The notes under the pieces were generated by a model, which saw only the letters and a program-made list of their open reading frames with translations, was not told the DNA's origin and ran no database searches. Of a DNA stretch of 64,000 nt, positions 63,830-64,000 are shown one piece after another (position 1 is the stretch's first letter; every line of letters starts with the position of its first letter). Where the stretch lies: the NCBI GenBank assembly GCA_902797855.1, contig CADBUI010000002.1, positions 329 through 64,328 on the forward strand, in the 5' to 3' direction. The position numbers and the translations under genes were made by a program. The DNA is from an uncultured Erysipelotrichaceae bacterium. GTDB lineage: Bacteria > Bacillota_I > Bacilli_A > RFN20 > CAG-826.

Positions 63830-64000
63830 GTGACATTCTCCAACCACTTAATTAAGTGGGGGCTTCTTGCTCGATGACTCTAACGAGCCAAGCATAAACA
63901 AGCTATCCGGATGTGTCCCATCCTTCGAAAGTATTTCTATTCCCTTTCTTAGAATATTTTTTGCAGCATTTACATCTCTATCATGTTTACTTTGACAGCG
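63830..64000 (-). mobile_element. Right end of an IS200/IS605 element (omega-RNA scaffold region)
   Basis: Minus strand GAAGCCCCCACTTAATTAAGTGGTTGGAGAATGTCAC: subterminal hairpin followed by a TCAC terminal tetranucleotide. Confidence 0.85.
63848..64000 (-). CDS. tnpB: C-terminal end of an IS200/IS605-family TnpB (truncated by the window edge; not in the ORF track)
   Basis: Minus-strand translation RCQSKHDRDVNAAKNILRKGIEILSKDGTHPDSLFMLGSLESSSKKPPLN*; contains the Zn-finger Cys and the RuvC-III HDRD.NAA.NI motif. Confidence 0.92.
   Translation of the reverse strand, partial: RCQSKHDRDVNAAKNILRKGIEILSKDGTHPDSLFMLGSLESSSKKPPLN

Overview
A gene-dense, AT-rich chromosomal segment from a reduced-genome anaerobic Bacilli/Mollicutes-affiliated bacterium (taxonomy inferred from gene order and protein style; standard genetic code). 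Most of it is housekeeping: gdpP-rplI-dnaB-walJ, tmRNA, rlmH, class III ribonucleotide reductase (nrdD, trxB-like, nrdG), oppABCDF, ung, a TPP riboswitch with thiT, tsaE-tsaB-rimI-tsaD-asnS, pcrA-ligA-gatCAB-galE and pgm. Surface-glycan genes (Wzx, Wzy/WaaL-like, GT4s, TupA-like ATP-grasp) and two BspA-type LRR surface proteins are scattered among them. Accessory DNA is limited to a DUF4160/DUF2442-HTH pair behind tmRNA and the 3' end of an IS200/IS605 TnpB with its right end at the window edge. The most notable oddities are: (i) a redoxin-type NrdD fused to a glutaredoxin domain, coupled to a thioredoxin reductase lacking its NADPH-binding motifs; (ii) an intact UDP-glucose dehydrogenase homologue lacking the catalytic Cys motif; (iii) the putative TA pair with an extra HTH and a palindromic operator; (iv) a ThiT with four extra TM helices; (v) a His/Cys-rich insert in AsnS; (vi) an LRR protein translationally coupled to opp. 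All calls come from motif recognition by eye; no searches were run.
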